This document shows positions 14,300 through 30,260 of a DNA stretch of 64,000 nucleotides, piece after piece. Origin of the DNA: Eledone cirrhosa (Eukaryota); the NCBI GenBank assembly GCA_964016885.1, contig OZ024740.1, positions 334,614,001 through 334,678,000 on the forward strand, read 5' to 3'. Positions within the stretch are counted from its first letter, which is position 1. Each line of letters opens with the position of its first letter. Made by a program: the position numbers and the translations under genes. Under the pieces are notes generated by a model that ran no database searches, was not told the origin of the DNA, and saw only the letters and a program-made list of their open reading frames with translations.

Positions 14300-17000
14300 C
14301 ATGGTGTGTGTGTTAGTGATGACGATCCATAAACTGTTTTGATGACTTTGTAGTTTATAGTGGTTTGTTGAGAAATTATGAGGTTTCCATATACAACTGG
14401 AATACTACATGACGGATATAATGAATTATTTGTAAATTAATTTTCCTACTTTTGTCCGTTGAACACGTGTGATATATATTGCTCGATGATTTATTTTCTA
14501 TGACTTCCCTATGTGTTATGAAACTTTTAGTTGTTATTAGTCGTGTTATATATGGTTGTACTTGATGTTCATTGTAGAGCTTATGAGAAGAAACACGTTG
14601 GATTTGAATAAGGCTACTTCCTTTCTATTAGACCTTCTAAAGACATGTTTCAATGAGATATAATTAAGATTTTAGCACTTTTGTAGATGAGCTAGAGGAG
14701 TCGTGGGAGGATGTAAGTGAGATACCATTTGTGTATGAGGTTGTATATATGTTTTGGGGAGAGGTTGCAATATGGTATGGAATATATTTTTGGGATGCGT
14801 CTTGAATAATCGTATCACCACGTTCCTATTGTTATTGTTAAATACCGATTCTATGTGGAACTTCTTTCTTTGGGTTCTATTCAAATATCTAAATTTGCTG
14901 TTCGTTTCTTTCATTCAGAAGCAATATCTATTTTGTGTCGATAATTGTTAAGAGGCTTTAGAGGATTTGCATGATTGTTTCGAAGATAATTATGTATGGA
15001 GTGGAAAATACTGAATAGAGCGTACTAGGAAAGATGAATTTGTTGTTCTTTAGGAATTAAACAATATAATAGAATGTTAGGCAAAGCCATGATTGTGTGT
15101 GTAAATATCAAGGATCAGTGACACAGGGCGTTGGGTGTGGTATAAATTATTCTGCGTGGTACATTTGGTATTCGATTGACTAAGGTGTTGTCGGTGAAAT
15201 ATGATAAACAAGGTATATTAATTGGAATGTAGTTCGATGCTCTTGAATAGTAGTGACTGCAACGTTATTGAGATACACACGAAAAGCATGTACATATACA
15301 TCATTGTCTCTCTTTCAATATAGTTTCGTGGCTCTATAAGTAAGTCTATGGCAAGTGATTTGTATATATGTTTTAATGTACAAACGTTTTGACAGTATAC
15401 CCGCCATTGTACATGTGTGGATATATAGCTCATTCGACGTATAGTTATACTTGTGTGTTTATAAGTATAGGTTACCGAGTAATGTATATTGACTTAAACG
15501 ATTGCAGTAAACCGTGTTCTAAGAAACATTATATATTTGGAGAAATTTGTGGTTCTTAGTACAGTTGGTGAATTAAGTGTTCTCATGTACTATTGGCAAA
15601 ATATGCAGAGATATTATTGGAGATTTATCATGGTCTGATCAGTTGTTGTCGGTGTTTATAATGCGTTTTACAAACGCTATCATATGAAGATATTAACGTT
15701 TCTAGATGCAGTATGACAATATATATAATAATTGTTTCTACTTTTGGCACAAGGCCAGCAATTATCCCATTGTATTACTGGTACTTTATTTTATCGACTC
15801 CGTAAGGATGAAAGTCAAATTTAACCTCAGCGGCTTTTGGCAATATATATAATAATGGACGCGTTACCTATTTGCAGTGTGTTTCGAATGTATCTTGTTC
15901 TGTGTGAAATATCTTGTATGAAAACGGGTCCTGTTTTGCATGCATCAAGCGGAAAGCATGAGTTATAATATCACTGCGGCAATACGTGTAAAATGTCTCC
16001 TGCTTTGAGAGCAGTTACATCGTGCATATTCCGTGACTTGTAGCAACAAGTTTAGAATGAATTCAGTTTGCCAGATATGTAACATACTAAGCTCGGATTA
16101 GGATGATAAATAATTCAGATAAATTAGCTGCCTGGCGAATTCGTGAACTTGAGATCACATCACTGAATTAGTGGGAAATATACTCAAGTTTACATGTAAG
16201 ATTTATAGGAGGCCTGACTAATAAAAAAATGATAATGTTTGGAATATTTGGATTTCTGTTTTGAAGGAAGAAATAAGTTTCCAGAAAAAAATGGAATATT
16301 ATATAATGTTAAGATGTTCGTAGGTTGAAATACAATGCTTTTATTGTGGACCTGTAACGTTAGGAAGGTATTAACTGGCGGAAACTGTTGTGAATATTGA
16401 TACCGTTGTTGTTATTATGTATATTTAGGATTTCGGGTTTTACGGAGTTTGTTATGTGATTCGGAATGTTTAGAAACTAATGTATTTTAGAAAATAATAT
16501 TTTGAATTTTCAAGAATTTTTTAAACAGTTCTCTTCGTTGTTTCTGTCAATTTCTGGATATTTTTGCTGCTGCCGATAACATTATTCGGTGTAACGAATT
16601 GATATCACTAGACTGGAATTCAAACTATACATACTCCATTCCATCATCGTGTCTGACATATTATATTTAATATTAATTTATCAAGTATATTTATCCGTGT
16701 TAAAACCGGTGTGGTAAATCTTTGAAGAGATATAAGAACGTGTGAACGCGTAGAGACATCTGGGTTATCTATGGTTCAATAATAACTCATAATTATCCTT
16801 TATGATCTTTTATTGCCACAACCTTGTGATACCTTGGCTGGTTAATCAGCTACTTACCTGTTCAATGTATAACCTCGGATATTTATTCTTTCTTCACCTT
16901 GACCAAGTGTTACCTCTTTAGTTCACATCTCAACCTAAAATCTAACGAGTGGATAAAGCTTAATTAAGGAAGGTTGGGTATGATTTGGATAGTATTCCAT
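14300..17000 (-). pseudogene. Possible very decayed LINE ORF2
   Basis: Strand-biased composition and weak fragments such as TLKHIYKSL. No intact RT motif. Confidence 0.3.
15729..15835 (-). mobile_element. SINE family 1, 5'-truncated
   Basis: Reverse complement of the family 3' half. Confidence 0.85.
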
Positions 17001-18119
17001 CGAGTAAATTCAGGGGTTAGTCATGGTTCAGTAATTTTAACAATTTTGATATCATGCAGTTGTTTTTACGTTATACGACTCTATGGAAACCATATTGATG
17101 ACTAGGAATATGTGATAGAAAAAAGGATACTAATATGGAAAAATAGAGAGAACATAATAAAAAAGAACAATGTGCTGCAGTTTTCAATTTGATAAACATG
17201 AGCCCGCTTAGCCGGTTGGCGTCAGGATCATAAATATGTTCTTCTTGGAGGTGGCATACACGGAATGGTATTTCCAAATAACATAATAAAAGGCTTATTA
17301 AAATGGAAACATTTTTCAAGATTATGTCTAGCGCAATGCACAGTGATTAGGAGAAAAATGGAGGCACGCCTTCATTATCGGAATCAATATTTAGCAGTGG
17401 CATTTAAAGGAGCTGTCACATTTAGTAATTGTGTATTTAAACGTTATTTAGAATAAGGAAATAAGTTGAGTTTAATACATCGTGAAGTCGAATCGGACAG
17501 CAGCCACTATCATATTATTTTCAAGATTCCTACTTACAAGGCACGGTTAATTAGAAAGGAACAGCAATATTATTAGGATGAATATTTGAAGGAAAATATC
17601 TTTTATGAGTTTATTTCTGTTTCTAGAGACAAATGCGTTTGAGTTATAGTTAGAAGCGAAGTTACTAGGAAGCAATAATAGGTGGCCATGCACAAGGTAG
17701 TTACTTGTTACTAGTCACTATGATTGTTTTATAATTAACATCTGTTATTAGATGGCGCTGTATTAGAATGAGGAAGAAAATATCAGCTTTTCATTGTTAA
17801 CACCCCTTGCATTTGCGCAAAATCTATTCTGTGAAGTTTGATGTTCGTCATTTCTTTGCCTAGTTAATATACACTTATCAAATGTCCAATCAATTGAATC
17901 GCACGAGGCTTCCCTATATATGTGTGCCCTTGTGACCATTTTGAAATTAATAATTGCCTTATACAAGTTCGTATGTGTAACCATTTATACTATTCTTCCC
18001 CTCCATACCTTGATTCACCAGATATAAGTGTCTTCTGTCTGAAATCTATTAAATTCAAACGCAACCTATATATATCTATGTTTTTATTTTTCCCGCATTT
18101 CTAATCTCAAAATTACCCA

Positions 18120-18210
<91 letters not shown>

Positions 18211-19419
18211 CACTCTCGCTTCTCTGTCATACATTCTACTACTCAGAAACTTATATACATACGAATTCGAATAATCTAGATTATTTTCCATTTTTCAATG
18301 CTATTCTGTACGTCGAATGAGTCCGACACATTTTACATTAAATTGGATTACAAACTTATTCACACAGATATGCTTCCATTATTTCCATCCAACATTTTCA
18401 AGTATCAGAATTGATTTTCGGTCCCTGTTGCACACCTTGGAGGTTCCTTCAATCCCTATACATATAAAAAATAGATCTCGTTTAATATTTTTCATTTCAC
18501 CATATATTACTCACCATCCAATCAAGCGTATCAGCCCTTCGTTTCTTTTTTTGTTCTGTCAATATATGTATTATTCTAGTCTCATAATTTTGTAAATATC
18601 GGTAATTTTATTTCCATTCGTCAACACTATAAAGGCCACGAAACATGGGATTTTGTCCTTTCAGTTAATTATTCTTTTAACTTTAATCATTAGTTACAAT
18701 GTAGAAGTTGTAAATGTTTGACCAATGACTTAGGATGAGACAGTGTATTGAAACTGAAAACTGTACATCTGTGAAATTTCAATTTAACTAAGTAAGAATA
18801 TATTTTACATTATTTGTTCATTTATATTTTTGTCGCAGTATGCAGTAAATGTGCACTAATCAGTTTACAGACGCGTGGTAATACATTTTGGCCCTTAAAA
18901 ATAGATGTTACGATTACAATATAATTGGCAATAGAATATAACAATGTGTATGTATTCGTAATTGATAAAATGCCGATGTAATTATCTTAGTTTTAATGGT
19001 TGTGAGGAATATATTACATTATTTCATTTCAATGCGGTAGGGAATTTCTTGTTATCTTTATTAGATTATATTCTAATAGTTAATTAAACAAATTATAGTT
19101 TATAAAATGAGGTTTCCTTTCGTTCATGTGAACTTTAATTTTGTTTGATAACATTAGAAATAGAAGCTTTCGCTGTATTTTTGACTATGAGTACTGATCG
19201 TTTTCCCTTTTCTTAGAGGGCTTTAACACCTACTATCTGGCTAACATTTCTTTAGTCGAAAATACGGTGAAAGCTTCTATTTCTAATTTCAAACTCGCTC
19301 GCTGTTTCAAAAACAAACTTACTTTTTGTTTGAGAAGTTTTGGGTTTCCTATGATCACTCTCTTTTAGGTATGTGTGCCTCATGTGTGCCTTGTTATGAC
19401 CAACATATGATAAGTATAT

Positions 19420-19597
19420 AATTGTTTCTACTTTTGGCACAAGGCCAGCAATTACCCAGTACACTACTGGTACTTTATTTTATCGACTCCGTAAGGATGA
19501 AAAGCAAAGTCAACCTCGGCGGGATTTGAACTCAGATCGTAAAGGAACGTACTATGCTGGAAAGCATGGCGTCCGACCCTCTATCGGTACTACCAAT
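19420..19597 (-). mobile_element. SINE family 1, near full length, TSD ATAAGTATATAAT
   Basis: tRNA-like B-box GAGTTCAAATCCC. TSD copies at about 19410 and 19596. Confidence 0.9.
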
Positions 19598-21075
19598 AAG
19601 TATATAATGACCCTAAAGACGACGTGTATTTATTTCCAGAAAAATTCAATTGTATTATATACATTTCTTTGTAACATGAAGGAATAGCTAAAATATTATA
19701 GGGCTCTAGAATCAAAACAATTCCAGAGCAATACGGAAAATATATCTGGAATACAAATGTTTATATTAGATATAAACTGGTTGTATTTAAGGTCACAAGA
19801 ACTGTTTGCATATGTGCTCTGTAGGTTATTGTTTTATAAAAATATTATCCAAAGAATTTCTGCTGTCGTGATCAAAATGTGTCTGTTTGTTTTCTATAAA
19901 AATGCATTACATTATCTTTCGTCTGCATCTAAATATTTCACAAAAAAATTATTAAAATTCTTATTGTGCCTAATTTACAAAGTAAGCTCTGACAATAATA
20001 TATCATTCGAAACATCATGGATCGTGCAGATGTCCATGGAAGGCAATATATACTTGCGGAAGTCCATCTTCCCCTGATCTAAATACAGCTGTATTCTCGC
20101 GAATTCAGCTGAGGGAGAGAGAAAAAGATAAAGAGAGAGAGAGATGGAGGGAGGGGGAGAGAGAGAGAGAGATGGATGAAGGGAGAGAGAGAGAGTTAAA
20201 GAAAGAAAGAAGAATGAAGCCTAGTAGTGGGGTGTTATATTTTGTTGTTTTGTTCTTTTTTGTCCCTCTCGAAATGATTAAAGGCAAAGTTAACCTCGAC
20301 AGAATTTGAATTCAGAGTGCATGGAGCTCGAACGAATAGTAAAACGCATCCTATTCAACGTTTTATAATCCGATGCATATTGACAAATGTTGTTTTATTC
20401 AGATATTACTAGATGTAAGATTTTTGTATTATCTTTTGTAAATGTTTATGTTATCTCGCTTGATTAAAATTTATTTATCATTTGAATATCAGAATTATAA
20501 CGCATACTACTAAGTTCATCTTAATCTATGAGAACTTTGTGTTCGTAAAACTCTCACCATATGTAACAGGCATTCGACTGAATATGTACGAAGGTCTAGA
20601 ATAATATAAAGGAAATGGGATAACAAAACGAATTCGAGGAACTTCTGGCTTCAAGGTTTATGTTGCGTGATAGAAACCAATGAAGATGATGGTATTTATT
20701 CAATTTCTGCAATTTATTTAATATGTATCAGTGATATCTGCTAAATATTCTGCAATGCGCGCATCATTAGAGCAGATCCTGTCTCATTTTAAACGATCTG
20801 ATAAAAAGAAATATTTTTTAAGAAATTGAAAAATTCAGATATGATGATAAACACAAATACTTCACATACTTAAAACTTTAATGTTCTCTTCTGTAACAAA
20901 GTTCATATTCGATATTAACAATGGCTTGTAAATGAGCGGTTAAGATATTGTAGAAAATTCTGCTGGATAAACAGTTGCATAATTTATAGTCAATCGTACA
21001 TCTTCACGTGTTGACCACGCAAGATACATAAACATAAGTTAAGCATAACACCCAAACACGTAAAAGAATATCTGG

Positions 21076-21148
<73 letters not shown>

Positions 21149-21153
21149 TATAT

Positions 21154-21229
<76 letters not shown>

Positions 21230-21230
21230 T

Positions 21231-21274
<44 letters not shown>

Positions 21275-21348
21275 CTCTCTCTCTATATATATATAGATAG
21301 ATAGATATATATATATATATATGTATGTATGTATATATATATAGATAC

Positions 21349-21399
<51 letters not shown>

Positions 21400-21513
21400 T
21401 GTATATATATATATATACATATATATATACATATATGTATATATATATAAATATATATACATATATATATATATGTATATATATATATAAATATATATAT
21501 ACATACATATATA

Positions 21514-21580
<67 letters not shown>
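21076..21580. repeat. Compound (TA)n microsatellite
   Basis: Direct reading. Confidence 0.95.
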
Positions 21581-21581
<1 letters not shown>

Positions 21582-21705
21582 CATCTGATAAATGCGTGTA
21601 TGCATACCCGCTTGGGTGCCTTTATACATATATAATGTTTTAGAAAATATATGCATACTGATATTCTCTGAAAACATTTTGTGTTGTTGCTGCAACTACT
21701 TGTAC

Positions 21706-21759
<54 letters not shown>

Positions 21760-21782
21760 TAATAACAACAACAACAACACCA

Positions 21783-21861
<79 letters not shown>

Positions 21862-21875
21862 CAACAACAAAAACA
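21706..21875. repeat. (AAT)n/(AAC)n microsatellite
   Basis: Direct reading. Confidence 0.95.
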
Positions 21876-22262
21876 AATGCAACAACAACACCAACAATGT
21901 AATATGAAAAATAAATCACAAACAACAAAGAAAAGTAGGAATATATAAGTAGAGACGAGAACGAAAGGAAATTGTTTTCATTCAGGAAAAAGAAAATCGT
22001 ATAATCTCATATTGCCTCTGGATTTTACTTGTTTCATTATATATTTACGACACGAACCTGTTTTCAAAGAATGAATTGATTAGTTTAAGGCTAAACATGC
22101 ATAAAAGACAGCAATACATTGAAAAGGACGAGGAACAGGATGAAATGCCCTGCGCATATAGAACATTGGAATAATTTCAGAGAGAATATAATAAAAATCA
22201 GAAACTGTAGAATTACGTCGTCAGAATATTTTCATGTATATATTTATATATTATATATATAT

Positions 22263-22419
<157 letters not shown>

Positions 22420-22990
22420 TGAATCGTGGATAGAATAAAGGATATTGAAACTCGAATATTTGTCTCAAATTATTTTCTTGAAGTCTATCTTTGTGCCTCT
22501 TTGTGAAAAGACGGCATATTCCTCCGAGGTTTGATAGCGATGCTTAGCGAATCGTCCATTCTTAACACGGCCAGGTAACTTCAAAAGCCTCATCCGACCG
22601 TATTCTACATTAACAATACTTCTCTCGATTTACCGAAAGATAGTTCATAGATATTCCCTATAGATATATTGCAGTACAAATGCAGAAGACTATAGCAGAT
22701 ATTTTATAAGATTCAGCGAACTTAAGAAATGTCAGTTCTTTCTCATAAAACGAGAGAACAACTCTCTCATGTTCATCACCTTTTCTAATACAAAGTAAAG
22801 AAAATGATAAATGAGATAAACAGTTTCCATATATTTTCTGTTTTCAATACAACAATATTCATGGTAACAAATACTCGGCTACTTATAATATTGAGTGCAC
22901 AGTGAGGCGCACACTAGTAGATTTACACACACACAACTATAAAAACACTCATACACACGCTTCCATATATATATATATATATATATATGT

Positions 22991-23042
<52 letters not shown>

Positions 23043-23090
23043 AGGGGGGGTGCGTTTGTGTTGTGTATGTGTGTGTATATATATATATAT

Positions 23091-23183
<93 letters not shown>

Positions 23184-25159
23184 CATACATATATGTACAT
23201 ATATATATATAAATGTATACATACATACAAAAGCATATTAACTTATTTCATGCATTAACCAATATAATTTATTACTAGTATATAGTAGGAATACACAATC
23301 GTATAAAAAACAGTGCAACAAATGTGTGGCAAATTTTGAAAAAAAAACAAAAAAACAATTGTGTGGTGCAGAGATGATTCCTATATAACTTCTTGCATGC
23401 CATATAGAAATCCCGATATATCTAATGAATATATATGAATTATGACTTATCATATGAAGCCATTATGAATACGTTCATATAAAGTTAATAGGAATTTTTT
23501 TCCCTGATTCTCGACAGTTTCATCAAGAGATATATTAATATGTAAGGTTATTTTCTTTCATAATGATGATACCATTTGGTGGGTTGATGTTTTTTTAGTT
23601 TCTTTGCTGCAATATTTTCAATTAGCATTTTCCAATATTTTAAACCGATAAAATCTGAAGTATATTTATTGACTTTTTTTTTTCAGTCGTACTTCGTGAA
23701 TGGATTATAAATAAATATTTTTTGGTTATTATCAATGTTGATATTAAATTTGTTTAAAATTAAATAAAGAAGAAACATTTGTTTATTCTCTGATCCAGTG
23801 TCATGATGTTTTCTTCGCTCACACGGTTTTATCAATTAACAGATCAGCACCCCACAGATAATTATGTAGAATCTCTATTACTGTCAGTCGATTAAATGAA
23901 TTACATTACCTACTGTGTTGAATTGGAGATCCTGCGTTTATTCACATGTAGTGTAGATACAGACGGGCCCTGAAAGAGCAGGTATATAATCACGAGAACA
24001 ATCTTGGCTATTGTATAGAAGCGACTACATTATCTTTGTGTACTTCATTTTAAATATTGTATAAGTGTATTGCGGAAGATAGTTTTAACAGATCAAGCAA
24101 CCACGTATAGAGACACATTTACATTTAGGCGTTTGATAAAGTTTAATCAAATATCGAGAAGAAACCGCTGGACAAACTTATTCTAGTCAAACATAGTTTA
24201 TCATATACTGCATTATGTGCTAGTAATTTCTTTTAACTTTATTTGTAAACGGCATGCTATTGTGTGAGAAATATATTTTCTATTTCTAGCTGGTCGAGCG
24301 GTGTAGTAAAGAATCTGTTGTTCTTTCTTTCCCATTCAGATATATAAACATACCGAAATAATCAAATAAAATTACCCTAAATGGTTCATAAACCATTTTG
24401 TATCATACATTTTGACTTATGAAGATGTGCCGACAAACATGTAAATAGTCTTCCAATTGTTTCATTATTTGTATAGTTTCTACTCTCAATTTTCATATAC
24501 TGACGTCGTATTATCCATTGAAAGATACGTCAGTATTGTTCCTGCAAATCGTTTAGACCTTCAGAGGTGCAGTCCTTTTCTCTGAAAAATAAAAGAGAAG
24601 AAAATGTCACGACACAAATTTAAGATTTGGTTTCTATGTATCAAAAATTCACTACGGTAATCATTTAAGTATCGACAGAAATGTTTTATTTCAATCTTAC
24701 TTTTAATGTTATTACAAATCAACGAGTCCTGACATTGCTTCTTGGATATACCATATGAAATAAAAAATGCTGTAACAAAAGTCATGACATTGAAATTGCG
24801 CTAAAAAGCCATTCCACCTCGCCGGCGCATTCTTACACATGGTTACCTCCACAGCAATAAAATTGAACAGGATAGTGGTTCGGGTTCCAACAAAGAAGCA
24901 TATCAACGTGCAGCTGCTAATTTATCATCTCATTCTCCTCCAAAGACGAAGCCTATTATGGAATAAAGTCATCGCTGGAGAAATATTAAAACAGGTTAAA
25001 TAGATGATTGGTAACTTTCCCCCTAGGAACGGAAACATTATATTATAATACATTATAATATAAAAGGAACGATCGACTTTCGTCAAATCGGACCGAGGGA
25101 ACAATGTTTCCGTTGGTCTTTCCAATTGCTAATACTATCTATCGGTCGCAACTCCAGGT

Positions 25160-25285
25160 AGAAGAAGCAACGTGAAATAAAGTGTCTTGCTCAAGGACAT
25201 AACGCATCGCCTGGTCCAGGAATCGAACTCACAACCTTACGATTTCGAATCCAATTCTCTAACCGCCCAGCCACACGCCTTCACA
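25160..25285 (-). mobile_element. SINE family 2, tRNA-like head
   Basis: AAGTGTCTTGCTCAAGGACA...GGAATCGAACTCAC (reverse B-box). Confidence 0.65.
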
Positions 25286-25289
25286 TTAT

Positions 25290-25580
25290 TATAATTAAGT
25301 GTTCTTTGGCGACCAGCTCGAGGCCCGATCTATGCGATGATCGAACCTGACTATGAAATCACAAGATCCTCAAAAACATCTCGATCTTTCGAAGCAGAGT
25401 TTCCAAACGTCCTTGTTTATCCCACCGGCCTTTGCTCGCCAGCTTCTAACCTGTTCTTGTCGGTCGGTGAGTCGTCAAGAATTGCACGCGTCATCGGTAT
25501 TTCTGACCACTCATGACCGTCCATTTCTCTCGTTCCATTCATATGTCACCTGTCAATCAAAATGGGTCCTTTCAGAATTA
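25290..25580 (-). mobile_element. Possible decayed RTE-type LINE 3' fragment
   Basis: Minus-strand translation contains KWTGH-like and W-spaced C-terminal patterns next to an (AAT)-like tail. Weak. Confidence 0.35.
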
Positions 25581-25865
25581 CTGCTGTAGGTGGTAAGGGA
25601 TGTATGAGTGAACGCCTATGCACTGCCACAACCGTCTCAGCCTGTAGACACCCATGGTGCACGCAAGCGCAATACATATGGGCTCGTATACACACACAAC
25701 AATCATATACACACCTGCAACTGTATTACATACGAAAATCACAATAATTATTAAATGTGCAGCAAATACCTGGAAAAAAGTTTTAAAAACTTGAAAAACA
25801 TGGAAAAACATGTTTGTACATATACTTGGAGAGATGCCTGTATCAGTAAAAATTATACACATACA

Positions 25866-25897
<32 letters not shown>

Positions 25898-26021
25898 TAC
25901 ACACATAGAGGCGTATAGATACAGTTCATACTGAAGAGTACAATGAATGCGTAATAAATGCGCAGAAACTATATAAAGACATTTAATAAAACACTTAAAC
26001 CACTAGTTCTCCGTTTCTTAT

Positions 26022-26378
<357 letters not shown>

Positions 26379-26389
26379 ATATATATATA

Positions 26390-26945
26390 ATTGGTCATTT
26401 TGAAAGTCTCCACAAAGCAGATGGGTAAATCTCCGGGTAACAGAATCAGGTGGTAATGAGAGAGATGTAAGAGCAAATGTAGAATGAGACGTATAGGGTG
26501 TAGAAGAACGTAGGAAAGAGTGTAAACATAAGTGTTTCTACTTTTGGCACAAGGCCACCAATTACCCAGTACATTACTGGTACTTTTATTTTATCGACCC
26601 CGTAAGGATGAAAGGCAAAGTTAACCTTGGAGGGAATTGAACTCAGACCGTAAAGGGACGTAACTTTGCTGGAAAGCATGGCGTCTGACCCTCTACCGAT
26701 ACTGCCAATCCTCCACTTTGTAAAAATAATAACAATCCAAGAGTGTAAAAATAATAACACGAGATAGAGTTACCTTGGAAGTGATTTAATTGTCCCTATA
26801 TTTCGGATTTCGCATCCATCAACTGGGGGTTTCCGATGGGGAAAGTTTTTAGTCGGAGACAACAGAGGCTACAGATGGATATGAAATCCTAAACATAGGG
26901 ACAATTAAATCACTTCGAAGGTAACTCTATCTCTATTTTATTATC
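26390..26945 (-). mobile_element. PLE-type cassette with inverted arms (26761-26820 / 26874-26933), interrupted by a SINE
   Basis: Same family as 38041-38285. Carries a hammerhead-shaped motif with a CAGUUGA core. Confidence 0.65.
26532..26716 (-). mobile_element. SINE family 1, full length
   Basis: Full match to the family sequence. Confidence 0.9.
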
Positions 26946-27039
26946 CCACAATGCTTCAAGCAAACTTCAACACTCTCTTATATATATATATATATGAGCG
27001 TGTCTTGTGGATAGTCCATTATGTGTTTATTCATTATGT

Positions 27040-29990
27040 GTTTATAAATGTCTTATTACGTTTTATTTGTCTGAACAAATTGCGTCAATATATATTTCTA
27101 ACAATCGTACCTGGACTTGCCACGAACTAGAGGACGTGTCGGGTAAAATAATATAACTTCTCAACTGTTTCTTGAAAATATATATAACGCCATAACTAAT
27201 GTTCAGCGACCCATATGCAGCTTAGAGCATAGGTGGCTTTCCATTATACAATCTTATCAGCATTGTTTCATAATTATTCTGGACTAACTGCTTACTCTCT
27301 GAAAATATATAGACAACTGTCTCTGCTTTGTCTCCACAACCTTTGCATTCGGCTTGTATGATTTAAAAAGTCTTATTTCCCACCTTATCATTAGGTTGAT
27401 ACCGCGCCTCTAATATATGCATTGCTTTCTGAGTGGAGCCTTTCCTTAACCATAACCAAGTATCTTTGTTATCACACACGTTTCGTGTTTCCCCAAGAAA
27501 TGCTGAATGCAGGAGCTTTTCATCAAACACTTTTTTACATTCGTCAAGTATCCCAGGCTTTTTGTTTCCTGTGTCTCCAACTTTCTAAAATATATCTTCA
27601 CTGACAAACTCCAATGCAAGCTTTTTTTCTGTCGACGCCCATATTTCTTTATGGAGAATCCCATACTACTTTCTTCTATTTTGACAGCATCCTGTACACT
27701 CATCAGTCTCCAACCTACTTGTTTCTTTTCAAATACAGCTCATCTACATCCATGGGTGCATATATCGATAGATAGCTAGAATATCCCTTGTTTTCCGATC
27801 AATTTTCTTCAACTTTACGTTTGTCAATTCTACTATACCTACGCCGTACCTAATTATTAAACAGCTCTGCCATTTATAGCTTGCTTGCACAGTAAATCCC
27901 TCATTCAAAGAACACTTTTCTGAAAATTTCTCATATTTTTTTTCCATATTTCTTTATGGAGAATCCCATTCCACTTTCTTCTATTTTCACAGCATCCTGT
28001 ACACTCATCAGTCTCCAACCTACTTGTTTCTGGCATTGTAACACATCTAGATAATCATATGCTTCGTCTCTTTCCAGTGACAAGATATTTTCACCGTTTG
28101 GTAGTTCGATTCCATCACACCATTCTAGCTTTCCATGCTTTGTCTCTATCATTTCACATTTTCAAATGCCAAACTTCATCCCGCTTCCTTTGAAATTTAC
28201 TCTGACTGTTTAAACGAAGGTGTCTAGCACTTCTATATTATGGATGTATAGTTTTAAATCATCCATAAATAATAAAGGATTGCAGACCCTCCAATCTTTC
28301 CCTAGACTCTATCCGATTAGCACCATTTTAAGAACAACTGACAGTAGGATGATTGAAGCAACAAAAAAAATTTCGCGATAATGGTGATAAACTGTCCCCA
28401 TGGAAGATGCCCGGCTTTATTCTTACTTTACATAACCTTTCTCCAGCTGACGTCAATCCTACTTTCTATTAAACCATTGATTTCTCTATAAAGAACTTGA
28501 TGTTTTCTAATACCTTGAAAACATCCCAACGATGAAGAATCAAAGAATGCAGTACTATGACATACTTTCTTGTACTCAATCCAAGTAAGAAACAAACAGT
28601 TGAGCCTCTTTTTTCAGTTCGTTAGTACTATTTAATCCATAATTATCTGATCTTTCGTTCCTATGCTATTACACCTACACCTATTCTCCTAAGTAGGAAG
28701 TAGATCTTCTATCTCCATTTATGTGTACATTTCTTCAGGTAATATCCCTGATAACAGCTTCCAATTCAAAGGAAAATATATAATTGGTCAAACATTGAAA
28801 CTCCGTTACTCTTATTCTCATATTTTACTATCAAGCATGTATATCTTTTTAACATCCATTCTGGTGTTTCTCCTGAACTTATGACTTCAACTATCTGTGT
28901 AGTTATTACTTCAGTTAAGTTGCTGAGGCTTTTAATCAGTATCCATCTACATAATTTTGTCCATGCAATTAGGTTTTTATCGTCTCTTTTGTTATTTTGA
29001 TGTTTTCTTGCTTTTGTGCAAACGTTTCCTCTTTCCCAAACTTCTCTATCGAATCTGCTTCATCATTGTTTTGAACAGATTCGCTCCAAATGTTATTCCG
29101 AAAAGCAATGCTTTCTTCATTTTTACATTGTTTATTTTCATTGCTTCCAGTTTCTCAAACAATTATTTTCGGTTGATCTGAAAGAATCTATACTCCATGA
29201 ATATGTTACCTTTTTTTGTTCGTAATTCTTTAGTTTTCCAGTCTTTTCTTTTATTCGTTACGTCACCTCAGCAACCACTTCATTAATTCCTTTTTTCTTC
29301 CAGTACTCCATTTTTTCATTCGTTCCCTAACTTTCAATTTTTCCATTACTCCATTTTCCTTACTTCCATCCTCCATTTTGTAACACTGTCCGGCACTCTT
29401 CTCTCCTACCATGGATGCCTGATAATCCCTTCTCGTTTTTGTTAATTTCCCATCAAGTCAGCTAAAATCTTTAATCTAGCAAGTACTAGGAGGAGCGTAT
29501 CACTGTTTTCTGTTTGTATTTTGCTTATGACTTCCTTGAGAAGCTTAGTTTTCCATCAAGTGTTCTTTCTTTCAGCAGCCCTCAAGATAATTATTGCATG
29601 TCTTCAACATGTTTATGACTATTTGTTGTTCATCACTAATCGTGTTTATGTTTTTATTTTTTATTTTAACGCCTCACCTTATTGCTGCGGTAATCTCTTC
29701 ATAAAAATCCACATCTGCTATATATCCTTCAACACCTCTTTCAACAGAGCCTTGCTCGTTTTTCTCTTCATTCTTTGTTTTATGATGTCCTCTCCTGTTC
29801 GTTTTAATTTATCTCTTGTTCTCAGTTTTCACGTTCATTCTTCCAATTTCCTCTATTTGTACATGTAACAACCATTGTGGTTTAAATATTTTCGTTCTGG
29901 CTGTGTTCATCATAACCCAACACAAGATAAATTGTCGACCATCACTTAATGAGACCCTATCCATCCTCAGCTACAGAAAACGCCATGCCT
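27040..29990 (-). mobile_element. Decayed R4/Dong-type (RLE) non-LTR retrotransposon
   Basis: GIFHGDSLSPL, LLFMDDLKLY, GIELPNGENILSLE..AYDYL, IDRKTR..MHP, and a CxxC zinc-knuckle remnant (CKGCGDKAET). Confidence 0.85.
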
Positions 29991-30094
29991 CAAACTGGTA
30001 TTTATGATGTCTGGCTTGGTTTCACATTTTACTTTATCATTCTTAGTACGTCAGACATTATGTTTTGTAGCAGAGAGTTATGACCTTTTAAGTT

Positions 30095-30245
30095 CTGAAA
30101 TTAAATCTCGCTGAGGTTAACTTTGCCTTTCATCCTTTCCTGATCGATAAAATAAAGCACCAGTAATGCACTGGGTTCGATTTAATCGACCCATTCCCCA
30201 CAAATTTCTGGCCATGTGACTATAGTAGAAACTATCACCATTGTT
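30095..30245 (+). mobile_element. SINE related to family 1 (longer 3' variant)
   Basis: Shared GAGGTTAACTTTGCCTTTCATCC core followed by a different 3' segment. Confidence 0.7.
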
Positions 30246-30260
30246 ATTAACATTATTACT

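Noticed and set aside
20990-21928. 312-aa ORF and the many other YIYI/VCVC/THTH/poly-I ORFs
   Set aside because: Translations of (TA)n, (TG)n and (AAT)n microsatellites
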